Shown here: positions 26,104 to 40,402 of the stretch, in pieces
How the letters are laid out: the number at the start of each line of letters is the position of its first letter
Numbering within the stretch: the stretch's first letter is position 1
From: Octopus vulgaris
Taxonomy: Eukaryota
Direction of reading: 5' to 3'
NCBI GenBank assembly: GCA_951406725.2
Contig: OX597818.1
Span: forward strand, 134,664,001 to 134,728,000
DNA: 64,000 nucleotides
Notes under the pieces: generated by a model
What the model was told of the DNA's origin: nothing
Database searches by the model: none
What the model saw: only the letters and a program-made list of their open reading frames with translations
Made by a program: the position numbers and the translations under genes

Positions 26104-26107
<4 letters not shown>
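25497..26107 (+). mobile_element. Diverged sister of the 492-bp HHR element (unit ~477 bp), with inverted 5' segment
   Basis: 25497-25578 is inverted versus 25945-26025; the terminal ~60 bp is repeated at ~25571 and ~26048; ends at (TA)n. Confidence 0.75.
25790..25868 (+). ncRNA. Type I hammerhead motif with U16.1->A mutation (probably inactive)
   Basis: TTCCTG-CTGACGA-GAGC...GCTT-GAAA-CTATGCATAG-AC-CAGGAA. Confidence 0.7.
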
Positions 26108-26181
<74 letters not shown>

Positions 26182-26214
26182 GAAAGAATGGAGTCGAACG
26201 ACGATTTAACAAAA

Positions 26215-26313
26215 TTCCTTTATTCTCGACATATGTTTCGAAGACTGCATATTCTTAATTCCGAAGGAATAAAGGGTGCATTATGCCGCCTTCTCATCAG
26301 GAAAGACAAGGAA
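26215..26313 (-). ncRNA. Type I hammerhead ribozyme in a TA-flanked PLE-like terminus (26178-26375)
   Basis: Minus strand: TTCCTTGTCTTTC-CTGATGA-GAAGGCGGCATA...TATGCAGTCTTC-GAAA-CATATG-TC-GAGAATAAAGGAA. Confidence 0.85.
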
Positions 26314-26373
26314 CTTATGTCAGCATCATGACGAACAAAAACTTTTAGATGACTGCCCACACGGAGTCCATAG

Positions 26374-26420
<47 letters not shown>

Positions 26421-26423
<3 letters not shown>

Positions 26424-27958
26424 CTGAAATACAAAAGGAACGTCGCACTGTAAAAGATTATTTGTTTCACACACGATATTGAGATTATATCGATTTTATC
26501 ACATTTCTAAGTAATTTGACATCAGGAAGATGCCACTGACCCACATCACCACTCTCTTTTGAAAACGCAAGGATTGCATGTAAGGTTCGAAGTCGCTCAC
26601 TTTTCGTGAACATAGTAATGCTCACGAACGCATCTTTATGAAAAGCATGACGCACGTCCAAAACGTTGATTCATTGGGTATAAAAGGCACCCAAATTTAC
26701 CAGCCAGTCATTTGTTTCCCGAACACAGCAAGCATGCCAAGACTGACACGAAATCAGAGGGAGCAAGCCATCGGACGTCTCCATGCTGGTCAACGCCCAC
26801 GGGTCATTGCTAATGGCTTGAACTGCAGCTTTCGGACAATTGAATGGCTGAGGGGACGATACAATGCCACGGACGATCGTCCACGCAGTGAACGACCGAG
26901 GGTTAGAACGGAACGTCAAGATCGCCGCCTGCACCGACAGCATTTACAGGACCGATTGCGGAGGGCAACGGAATCAGCTAAGCAGACCATAGGGACTTAC
27001 CGCAGACCCATTTGTGCAGAGACAGTTCGCTGCCGGCTGAGTTCTTCCAATATGTCTTGTCGACGTCCGGTTAGGGACCCCATCCTCACAGATCATCATC
27101 GACGGGAACGTCTGCAGTGGGCTCAAGAACGTCAGAACTGGCGATATCAACAGTGGAGGACTGTAGTCTTCTCTGACGATAGTCGATATTGCATTTCTGT
27201 GGCAGATGGCAGAGTTAGGGTTTGAAAAAGAAAGGGTGAATGTCATGCCGATGGCTGTGTGGTGGAGAGAAACTCGTGGGGAGGACACAGCATCATGATA
27301 TGGGGTGCGATTGTACTCAACTAGAAAATTGGACTGATAGTCTTCCAAAACATCGGCCAAGACAGAGGTAATTGAGTAACCGCTGCTCGCTATATCGACC
27401 AAGCGTTGAGGCCTCACATTGTGTCATACTCTGCCCATCATCGGAATCACGTGTTCCAACAGGACAACGCCCGTGCCCAAACTGCCAGATTGACAACAGA
27501 CTTCCTCCAACAGCGCAACATCCAGACCCTACCATGGCCTGCCCTAAATCCGGACTTGAACCTCATAGAGTCCCTTTGGGATGAAATCCAAAGAAGACTA
27601 AATGACATCCGTCAAAGGCCGACAACAGCGGCACAACTCACTGCAAGTTTTTACAGAGTGTGGGCTCCTATCTCCATGGCCTTCATCAATCGATTGGTGC
27701 ATTCAATGTACAAGAGATACCTGGTGGTAATCAACGTTAACGGTGCTCATACGAGATATTGAGTTCATCTGTTTGGATCTAGGACACGTGGCACCATGTG
27801 ACGTCAAATATATTTTTGGAAATGACGTTTTTTTCATTAGGAAAAAACAGTGTCTTTATTAGCATTCTTGAGAGGAAAGAACAGTGTCTTTATTAGCACA
27901 ATGCTATGAGATGTTTCTATTTAGTATGTGTGTGGCGTTTCTTTTGTGTTTAAGTTGA
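26421..27958 (+). mobile_element. Tc1-family DNA transposon with near full-length transposase pseudogene (26734-27762)
   Basis: MPRLTRNQREQAIGRL HTH, RSERPR, VVFSDDSRY, FQQDNAR, WPALNPDLNLIESLWD, GAHTRY*; in-frame stops; imperfect ~25-bp TIRs at 26424 and 27930; TA flanks. Confidence 0.9.
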
Positions 27959-28573
27959 TATATATATAAACTCACACATGTATGTATGTATATATGTATG
28001 TATGAATGTATGCATCTATGTATGTATGTATGAATGTATGTATGTATGTATGTAGGTAGGTAGGTAGGTAGGTAGGTAGGTAGGTAGGTAGGTAGGTATG
28101 TATGTATGTATGTATGTACACACACCCAGATCGTGTATGTCTAAATATATGTATGAGAAGTGGGTGCGAAAACACGTTGCGGTTTCTCTGGGAGCCCTCA
28201 ACCACAATAATTCTATTTTATTGTATAAACGAATTATGTTTGGAAATGAGTAATCGCCCTCACAGCTGCTCATCCAATGCCGAAACTTTACAATATCCGT
28301 ATGTCCGCCAAGTCCTCTTTCCGCGGTAATGAACTGCTCTCACCTATCTTTTGTTACTGGGTTAGTTAACCCGTTCCCATGTCTCTGAGTCATTTATTCC
28401 GTGGCTCTCTTATTTTATTTTTCGCCGATTAAAGGTGCGCAATATACTTCCTTTACTTTACCCAGTCAATTGACCCCTTCGGTTATCTCACCCAATCCAT
28501 CCTACCCAACGCTGGATTAAGGATTAAGAAGCTTACTTTGCAACCGCTGCACTGCAACTGTTTTCTGATGGAT

Positions 28574-28965
28574 GGAAGCACTCCGTCGGTTACGACGATG
28601 AGGGTTCCGGTTGATCCGAATCAGCGGAACAGCCTGCTCGTGAAATTAACGTGTAAGTGGCTGAGCACTCCACAGACACGTGTACCCTTAACGTAGTTCT
28701 CGGGGATATTCAGCGTGACACAGAGAGTGACAAGGCCGGCCCTTTGAAATGCAGGTACAACAGAAACAGGAAGTAAGAGTGAAAGAAAGTTGTGGTGAAA
28801 GAGTACAGCAGGGATCACCACCATCCCCTGCCGGGGCCTCGTGGAGCTTTAGGTGTTTTCGCTCAATAAACACTCACAACGCCCGGTCTGGGAATCGAAA
28901 CCGCGATCCTACGACCGCGAGTCCGCTGCCCTAACCACTGGGCCACTGGGCCATTGCGCCTCCAC
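28574..28965 (-). mobile_element. SINE family C
   Basis: Match to 24917-25302; TSD CTGTTTTCTGAT. Confidence 0.85.
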
Positions 28966-30744
28966 TGTTTTCTGATATAGCTCCGGGATATAGGTTTTTG
29001 ATTCGTTTTATTTTAAGATCGACCTTTGAACTGCTAAATCAGTTGTAATTTAAAATTGTAGTGTCACCAGTAAAACACCAACACGGGGAATTTTATAGCA
29101 GAAAATCTAAAAGACAGCCACATTTTTCAGTGTATTTATTTTCTTCCTGAAAATATATAAATTTCGTAATCTGTTAACAATTTCAAAAAGGATCAAGGGA
29201 CCTTCCCGAGCCATAGGCTCATAAGGCCGGTCTGGCAGAGAATTACTCATTTTTGCCAGCTGAGTGGACTGGTGCAATGTGAAACGAAATGTTTTATGCA
29301 GGAGTAAAACGCATCGCCTGATCCGGTAATCGAAACCACAACTTTACGAGTGTGAGTACAACTCTCTTAACCACTAAGCCACGTGCCTCCGAAATCCATA
29401 ACAATTATAAAGAGATAATGATCAAGTGTAACTCACTAGAGTACACTTGAGGATGTTGTAAATGCATTAACTACTATTGAAAGAATGGGCTGAGCTGTCT
29501 CATATGAATGTGTAAGAGCATAGGCATTCATATGAATGTGTAAGAACATAGGCATTCGTATGAATGAGCAAGAACATAAGCATTCATATGAATGTGCAAG
29601 TATATAACATTTGTGAAAGAATTTAGTATTTAATAGACACTTATATTTTGAATTGCGTACTCAAATGATTCAGAGAGTCCATTAGAATTAGAACGAGAAA
29701 TTACGAGATTATGTTTGAGCAACGAACATAGATGCATATTGTTGAATGTAATTTCTTTTTCATCTGAATCCACACTGAAAAACTGGAATTAATTCCACCA
29801 TTTTTGTTCATAGTCATGTAAGCAGCATTTGATGAATGAGTTTTGTATTTGTGACTTATGACTAAGAATAATCTTTCCTGTGAATTTCTGACTGAAGACT
29901 GATGTTTCGTTTCTTTTTAATTTCTACGGTAATTGTTGTGCTCCACTTTTCTGAAAAAAAAAAACAACAACATAACATTCCTTATTCAAATTGGCGAAAG
30001 TAGTGTAGATGCTGGGAATTAAAATTACTCTCTGACTTCCGATATCTGAAAAATCATGGCACAAGTTATGAAAAAGAAATTGATTGCGTTCTTAGAAGAG
30101 AATTATTTGCTGACCAATAGCGGCTCGTAGATAAAATTAGTGGAGGTGCTGCTTCAGAAAATTTTTAGCCGTTGTTTTGATATTGTGCAAAAAGGAAACA
30201 AACATATAAAACGAAAATTTAAACATAAACTTGATAGGTTCGCGTTTTAGCCACTGCCGGGTAGTGTGTTTAATTTGTTCACTGAACTCCGCCGCGAATT
30301 CCCCCTTGTTTTTCAAAAATCTCCCCTAAATCACAAAATAAAGCGGGGAAATCTGCCCTATTTTCCAAATCCTGACAGCAACACTGTAGCTGGAAGCAGG
30401 ATAATAATATATGTCTACATTTTATCACATTCAAGAATATAAACACGTTTTTAAGCACAACACACGCGGAGTCAAAAAGAAACACTACCTTTCGCCAGCA
30501 CACCATGGTCGGCTCTCTTACCCTAGCGTAGAGCCTCCTATCTCGGACATGTGACCATGCGCACAACAGCCAAACGCAGCTCAGAGAACGGACAGAATTT
30601 TTGCATTATTTTCATAAACTAGGGGATGGCTACTGACATTAAGCTTAAGGATTATATAATGTACAAGTATAAAGAAAGAATTTTAAAAAATAGGACTCAT
30701 TATATTGAATGGAGCTGTAGTTCTGCAGTGCCTATACACGACCC

Positions 30745-30900
30745 GCCACTGTTGCTGACAGATACTCAGCCTGGTTTTCTCCCAGGAAGAAAGTGTCTTC
30801 CACAGTTTTCGTGCAGCACTAAGAACGGGTACTGAAACAGTTGCAAGGCTATTTGAATATAGTATAATTTGACTTGACGAAGTCCTTCGATAGCTCGCCA
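30745..30900 (+). pseudogene. CR1/L2-type LINE RT fragment
   Basis: LLTDTQPGFLPGRKC..Q (QHGF..GRSC) and FDLTKSFDS (DF.KAFD). Confidence 0.55.
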
Positions 30901-31012
30901 ACTGCGAAATTTAGAGTGTAGCTGCATGACGCTTTATGAGGAAGAAGTTAGGCAAGTGTTTGTAGTTGTTGCTGTTGTTGGTTTTGTTGTTGTTGCTCTT
31001 TCTACGTTGTGT

Positions 31013-32550
<1,538 letters not shown>

Positions 32551-32634
32551 CTATTCTTTTATTTGTTTCAGTCATTTGAATGCGGTCATGCTAGAGCAGC
32601 ACCTTTAGTCGAAGAAATCGACCCCAGGTTTTAT

Positions 32635-32679
<45 letters not shown>

Positions 32680-32767
32680 TAAATAAATAAATAAAACATA
32701 TGCATATATACATACATATATGTACGTACCTACCTCTACATGTATATATACATGCATATATGGGTAC

Positions 32768-32818
<51 letters not shown>

Positions 32819-32823
32819 ATATA

Positions 32824-32867
<44 letters not shown>

Positions 32868-32881
32868 TGTGTGTGTGTATG

Positions 32882-32947
<66 letters not shown>

Positions 32948-33028
32948 CGAGACAAAACCACTATTTTAAAACCAAACAAGGAAAGACTTAATCAATACAT
33001 AAAATTTTAATATAAATTAAATAAACCG

Positions 33029-33072
33029 CCACTACAAATGTTTCATGTCTGCTACCGACAATCTTCAGGTGG
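33029..33072 (-). ncRNA. Minimal type I hammerhead ribozyme
   Basis: CCAC-CTGAAGA-T.TGTC.GGTAGCA.GACA.T-GAAA-CATTTG-TA-GTGG. Confidence 0.8.
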
Positions 33073-33628
33073 ATTTTCGATCTAAAAATAGCAATATTTT
33101 AAAATATAATTTAAAATAATTTAAAATAATAAAATAATAAAATTATCAATGAAAGAATGTAAAAAAATAAAAATATAATCTATATATAATCTATATATAA
33201 TCTATATATAATCAATATATAATCTAAAATAATCTAAAATAAACCCTTTAAACAATTGAATATAAAAACCTATTATAAAAGTTCTCATATTTAAAAATGT
33301 ACAAAAACCAAAAAACAACAAGCAAAAAACAAAAACCAAAACCTAAAACCTAAAAACAAAAAACAAAAAAATTTTTTGTTTTTTGTTTGTTTTTTTTTTT
33401 TTTTTGTACATTTTTAAATATGAGAACTTTTATAATAGGTTTTTATATTCAATTGTTTAAAGGGTTTATTTTAGATTATTTTAGATTATATATTGATTAT
33501 ATATAGATTATATATAGATTATATTTTATATTTTTTTTTTACATTCTTTCATTGATAATTTTATTATTTTATTATTTTAAATCATTTTAAATTATATTTT
33601 AAAATATTGCTATTTTTAGATCGAAAAT

Positions 33629-33672
33629 CCACCTGAAGATTGTCGGTAGCAGACATGAAACATTTGTAGTGG
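33629..33672 (+). ncRNA. Minimal type I hammerhead ribozyme
   Basis: CCAC-CTGAAGA-T.TGTC.GGTAGCA.GACA.T-GAAA-CATTTG-TA-GTGG. Confidence 0.8.
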
Positions 33673-33844
33673 CGGTTTATTTAATTTATATTAAAATTTT
33701 ATGTATTGATTAAGTCTTTCCTTGTTTGGTTTTAAAATAGTGGTTTTGTCTCGAATTATATTATATAATATTTTACTATAAAATTGGATTTAACCCTAAA
33801 TCTGATTTTTCCCTGTAATTTTGGATTCATTCCCTAATATTTAT

Positions 33845-33884
<40 letters not shown>

Positions 33885-33904
33885 ATATAATATAATATAA
33901 TATA

Positions 33905-33950
<46 letters not shown>

Positions 33951-33964
33951 TGTGTGTGTGTATG

Positions 33965-33995
<31 letters not shown>

Positions 33996-34002
33996 GATAG
34001 AT

Positions 34003-34059
<57 letters not shown>

Positions 34060-34082
34060 TGTGTGTGTGTATGTATATATAT

Positions 34083-34121
<39 letters not shown>

Positions 34122-35066
34122 GTGTCTTCTGCTATAGCACCAGGCGCGAAAGTTTTCTCCCACGAGAGTTCCGGATCCCAGTAATGAACTCATTTGCATG
34201 CAGCCAATCAGAGTAAAGCCACATTTGTCCTTTCTTCCTTCTTGGTGTTGATACTTCGATGTTCACTGGTTACTCCGACGTTGGCACAACAATACACCTA
34301 CCCAAACTGAATGGCTGGAGTTATTTTTAAAATGTTATAGAGGTTTAAACTTTGATCATTTTCAACCAGTCAGGAAAACAGGTTTTGAAACCTGTTATTT
34401 TGTGCGTGACTGCACATTTTGTCGTCAACATCCTGAAAATGCTTACATTTCTGATACTTTCCGTGAATTTTTCACGGGTCCAGCTAGTTATAATAAATAG
34501 ATCTATAATTTACTACGGATCTTTTCCTTTTGAACGGCAGTTTTTAACATAATTTCTAGGTAACTAAAAAGTTTTAAACTTCGTATACTGGTAGAATGTG
34601 TTTATAAAACATCATTTTCTCTTGGCTTTATTGGGAAAATTCTATAGGTTGTAAGATATTTCGTCTTTAATTTCGAGCATTTCGGCAATTTTAACCAATC
34701 GCCGGACGTCCATTTATTTATATACATATATACTACATTTATATATTACCTTTAATAAATTAGACTTCATAAAGTTCACCTTTAAAATGCCACAACGAGT
34801 CAGAGTACTTTCTCGCCAACCTCTGAAAACCTCTTTCACCAACCTCCAACAATCTCCCCCTCCTCCAGCTGACAGTTTTTTGTACATTTTCCCGACAGAA
34901 AATACACCTTTTGTGGCAGTTATAACGAAATTGCTTTCTTATATCAGAGTAATAAAGCATTTCAATAGAACATCTGTACCCCCTGGTATTACCGGGTACA
35001 CCAGCTAGTGTGTGTGTGTATATATATATATATGTATGTATTATGTATGTATGTATGTATGTGTGT

Positions 35067-35127
<61 letters not shown>

Positions 35128-35242
35128 TGTGTGTGTCCTTATATTTTCGAAGAGACCTCAGCACTTCTATCTGACGCAAAACAACACAGAAAGTGTGTGT
35201 GTGTGTGTGCGTGTACATGATGTATGTATGTGTGTGTGTGTG

Positions 35243-35277
<35 letters not shown>

Positions 35278-35616
35278 AAAACATATATGAATAAGTAAAA
35301 GAATATATATATTATATATGTATACATATATGTATACATTCACGCGTATACATATATGTTGTGTATGTTTGTGTTTCTGTTTGTCTCTACATACACACCA
35401 CATGACAACCACTTTCGGTTTGTCTAGATTCCAGCAACTTGGCAGTCTGGCAAAAGAGAGTGATAGAATATGTAAGACTTGAAAAGAAAAACGTACTGGG
35501 TTGATCTGTTCCACTAAACCTTTCAAGATGGTGCTCCAGTATGACCGTAGTCCAACTGGTCGCCATTGCACACTAGTGTGCAATGATGTAGCAAGTCGTG
35601 TCGCAAAAATAATATA

Positions 35617-36182
35617 TTGGGTTGTCCAGAAAGTTCGTGTCGATTTTTAAAGGAAAGAAAAAGGTCAATAAATACTTGCCATTGCATTTTTAATCAACCA
35701 AATATGAACCATTTTGTTGCACAATGCGTCTCCATCTTTCCTTTAACTTGAAAATACCCTCTTCCCAGAATTGAGGTGGTTTCATGGCAAAGAATTCATC
35801 AAGATATCCTTTTACGTCATCCAAGGAATTGAAATTTTTACCATTAAGACAATTCTGCAGAGACCTGAATAAGTGGAAATCCGAAGGAGCAATATCTGGT
35901 GGATATGGAGGGTGGGGTAACACATCCCAGCCTAGCTGCAGCAATTTTTGTCTGGTTCCCAAAGCATAAAGTGCCGAAAATGAACTTTCTTATCTTCCAT
36001 TTTAAAGGGTTACAGAATTAACACAGGTTATAGGAACATAAACCGTCTTCCACGAAAAGATAGCTTAAACTGTGCTCTAAATGGAAGCGTAGTAAAATCC
36101 TATTTTATGGACTCAACCATGTTCTAAAATATGTCGAAAGGTAAGCTACTATAAATCGGCACGAACTTTCCGGACAACTCAA
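35617..36182 (-). mobile_element. Internally deleted mariner element
   Basis: TIRs TTGGGTTGTCCAGAAAGTTCGTG / CACGAACTTTCCGGACAACTCAA with TA flanks; ORF 35690-35962 WDVLPHPPYPPDIAPSDFHLF (mariner YSPDLAPSD). Confidence 0.9.
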
Positions 36183-38044
36183 TATTTCTGAAAAAGAAAA
36201 TGCGAAAATAACCGAATTTCTAGATGTAAAGTACCTTTAAGGACAAGGCCTGAAAATTTGGGGGCTAGATGTTGGCTAACCAATTACATCGACCTCAGTG
36301 TCCAGTTGGTACGTATTTTATTGGGCCCGAAAGGATCAAAGGCAAAGTCAACCTCGGTAAAATTTGAACCCAGACATAAGGCTGGAAGAAATACCTATTT
36401 CTTTACTACCCACAAGGGGCTAAACACAGAGGGGACAAACAAGGACAGACATAGGTATTAAGTCGATTACATCGACCCCAGTGCGTAACTGGTACTTAAT
36501 TTATCGACCCCGAAAGAATGAAAGGCAAAGTCAACCACTGAAAGAATATTGGCTGATGCGTGCTTACAGTTTTGCCTACTCGTCCCCTTTCTAAATATAT
36601 TTTAATGCGCTTTCAAATTTTGATACAAGGCCAGCAATTTCGGGGATGCAGTAAGTCGATTACATCGACCCCGGTGCTCACCTGGTACTTATTTTATCGA
36701 TCTCAAAAAGATGAAAGATAGAATTTGAACTTAGAACATAAAGACGGGGAAAATGCTCAACGGCATTTTGCCCGGTATAGTAACGATTCTGCCTGGTCGC
36801 TGCCTTAAAAACGTAAAATATTGGTTTCGAATTTTGGCGAAAGGCCAGGAATTTCAGGTAAGGGGTGTATGTAGATTACATCAACACTAGTGCATTGTAC
36901 TTACTTTATCGACCAGTACTTATTTTATTGACTATGAAAGGTTGAAAAACAAAACTGACGTCGGTGGAATTTGAACACATTACTTAAAGACGGTCAAAAT
37001 GTCGCGAAGGATTTTGCTCGGAGTGCTAACGATTCTGCCAGCTCACCGCCTTCGAAATAAATAAACCATTCAAGGCAAATAGTGAAACTTAGTTATATTA
37101 AGGATGAAATTTGAACCTATTTATTTAATCTTGCTTTAAAGACGAGATGGGGGGGGGTTATTACATCATGCATTGAAGATGCAACAGCAGGAATTTTCTT
37201 CCAAATTTTGGAAAATGTTCTTCTATAAGTGAAAAAAAACCGACTCGTGTTTTGTATTGATAACTGTTTCGTTTCCAAAAGCAGGAACTAAATAACTTTA
37301 AAATTATCTGCAATTATTTTTATAGGTTAATAAATACATGACTGTGTGTCAGTGTGTATGTGTATATGTGAGTATGTGCATATGCATGTATGTATGCATA
37401 TGTGTGTGCATGTGTATGTACGTATGTATGTATGTATGTATGTATTCGATTTTTATATGACTAGTGTACTATTTTGGTATTACTACAGAATCAATGACCA
37501 TATACGGACGTTCTACTTTTCATTGTACCTAAACATTCCTGAAACAAAGTCAAGGGAAAATGAAAGCCTTTGAAGACTGTTCCAATCATGTTTATCCTGT
37601 TTTAAAAGCATTCCAGCCATGACGATCCATTTTAAAAGTGTTCAAACCATGACTACTCAAGTTTACAGAAATTGTAAAGACATGTGGCAAACCTCTTTAA
37701 ATCGTTCCAGCTGTGACCACACAGTCTCTTTGAGAGCATTCCAACCATGGTCACCCCACTGTTCCATATATCACCGTCTTCTTCGAGCCATGGATAATGT
37801 AAGCCGGTGTACACTATGCCTGAAAAATAAGCTGGGACGGTCATGGCTACGATGTCCTTGATCATCAGTCACCTGAATCAGAGCTGGCCTGGGGCTGAAA
37901 AATAACAACTAGCGATACAGTGACAGATTCCACGGATGGGGGTTAGGAATCTGTGTTTGTTTACTGCTGTTACTCAATATGCTAGAAATAGCAGCTACAT
38001 TCCTAGCATAAATTTTCTTGTTGAAATACAAAGGAAATCAAAAT

Positions 38045-38455
38045 AGGAGCAGCTGTGTGGTAAGTAGCTTGCTAACCGACCACATGGTTCCGGGTTCAGT
38101 CCCACTGCGTGGCATCTTGGGCAAGTGTCTTCTGCTATAGCCTCAGGCCGACCAAAGCCTTGTGAGTGGATTTGGTAGACGGAAACTGAAAGAAGCCTGT
38201 CGTATATATGTATACATATATATATATGTATGTTTGTGTATATGTTTGTGTGTCTGTGTTTGTCCCTCTAGCATTGCTTGACAACCGATGCTGGTGTGCT
38301 TACGTCCCCGTCACTTAGCGGTTCGGCAAAAGAGACCGATAGAATAAGTACTGGGCTTACAAAGAATAAGTCCCGGGGTTGATTTGGTTGACTAAAGGCG
38401 GTGCTCCAGCATGGCCGCAGTCAAATGACTGAAACAAGTAAAAGAGTAAAAGAGT
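38045..38455 (+). mobile_element. SINE family B, full length
   Basis: Matches 19992-20403; absent from the paralogous segment at ~39865. Confidence 0.85.
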
Positions 38456-38774
38456 ATTTTGATTAAGACCTGAAGAACAAAGGATGGAATGGTCACAATG
38501 TTTGCTTGCGACAGCAGTAAATGCATGATTAATGTTTTAATTTGATCTTATTATAGAAAGTATAAGCGTTTTTATACAAGGATTGTACGAACGTAAATGC
38601 GAATAAGACATAACATTTCCATTTACTCACAAATATCATTCATATTGCAAGTATCGGTAGAGTAATTCTTCTAAGTAAAGGCAAAGTCGACCTTAGCGGA
38701 ATTTGAACTCAAAATGTAGGAACATTCGAAATACTGCCAAGCTTTTGACCCGATGTTTTTCTTTTGTTTTCTGC

Positions 38775-39346
38775 TATAGGCACAAGGCCCGAAATTTGGG
38801 GAAAGGGGAATAGTCAATTTCATCGACCCCCAGAGCGTAACTGGTACTTATTTCATCGACCCCGAAAGGATGAAAGGTAATGTCGACCTCGGCGGAATTT
38901 GAACTCAGAACGTAGCGACAGGCGAAATACCTATTTCTTTACTGCCCACAAGGGGCTACCCACAGAGGGGACAAACAAGGACAGACAAACGGATTAAGTC
39001 GATTATATCGACCCCAGTGCGTAACTGGTACTTACTTAATCGACCCCGAGAGGATGAAAGGCAAAGTCGACCTCGGTGGATTTGAATTCAGAACGTAGCG
39101 ACAGGCGAAATACCTATTTCTCTACTGCCCACAAGGGGCTACACACAGAAGGGACAAACAAGGACAGACAAACGGATTAAATCGATTATATCGACCCAGT
39201 TCGCAACTGCTACTTATTTAATCGACCCTGAAAGGATGAAAGGCAAAGTCGACCTCGGCGGAAATTGAACTCAGAACGTAACGGCAGACGAAATACCGCT
39301 AAGCATTTCGCCCGGCGTGCTAACGATTCTGCCAGCTCGCCGCCTT
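38775..39346 (-). repeat. SINE A head + three tandem bodies
   Basis: GAAATACCTATTTC junctions at ~38925 and ~39107; head at 39295-39346. Confidence 0.85.
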
Positions 39347-40073
39347 CAAAATATATAAAATATTCAAGGCAAATAGTGAAACTTAGTTGTATTAAGGATA
39401 GAATTTGAGCCTATTTATCTAATCATGCTTTAAAGACGAAATGGGGATGTGTTATTATATGGTGCATTGAAGATGCTATAGCAGGAATGTTTTTCCAAAT
39501 TATGGAAATCTGACTCATGTTTAATATTGATGACTGTTTCGTTTTCAAAATCAAGAACTAAATAATTTTAAAATTATCTGCAATTATTTTTATAGGTTAA
39601 TAAATACATGTCTGTGTGTCAGTGTGTATGTATATATGTGTGCATGGGCGTGTATGCATGTATGCATGTATATGTGAGCATGTGTATGTATGTATGTATG
39701 TATGTATGTATGTATGTATGTATGTATGTATACTATTTTTATATGGTGGAATACCGACGGATAGGGGTGAGAATATATGTTTGTTTACTGGTATCATTCA
39801 ATATGCTAGAAATAGCAGCTGCATTTCTCAACGTAAATTTTCTTGTTAAAATATAGAGGAAATCAAAACCGTATTTTGATTAAGACCTAAAATATAAAGG
39901 TTGGTTCCGACATATAAAGGTCTCAGTGCTTGCTTCTGACAGCATTATGTACATGATTAATGTTTTAATTATAATTTGATCTTATTACCGTTTCGTTTCC
40001 AAAATCATGGACTAAATAACTTTAAAATCATATGCAATTATTTTTATAGGTTAATAGATACATATCTGTGAGT

Positions 40074-40136
<63 letters not shown>

Positions 40137-40193
40137 TGTGTGTACTGCTCGACATAGAATTCATCTCAAGCAATGCCTTTGCACAACTATCGA

Positions 40194-40266
<73 letters not shown>

Positions 40267-40402
40267 TTTGTGTGTACTGCTCGACATAGAATTCATCTCA
40301 AGCAATGCCTTTGCACAACTGCCGAACCCAAGACTCGAAAACTCTTTCAAAATGTTCGTCACAGACACGATAGATTTGTACCTCTATGGTTATATTGGTT
40401 TA

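Larger units (their letters stand above)
32943..33836. mobile_element. AT-rich palindromic PLE-like element (arms ~32943-33372 / 33372-33759) with two divergently oriented HHRs
   Basis: Arms are reverse complements; HHRs at 33029-33072(-) and 33629-33672(+); (TA)n on both sides. Confidence 0.85.
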
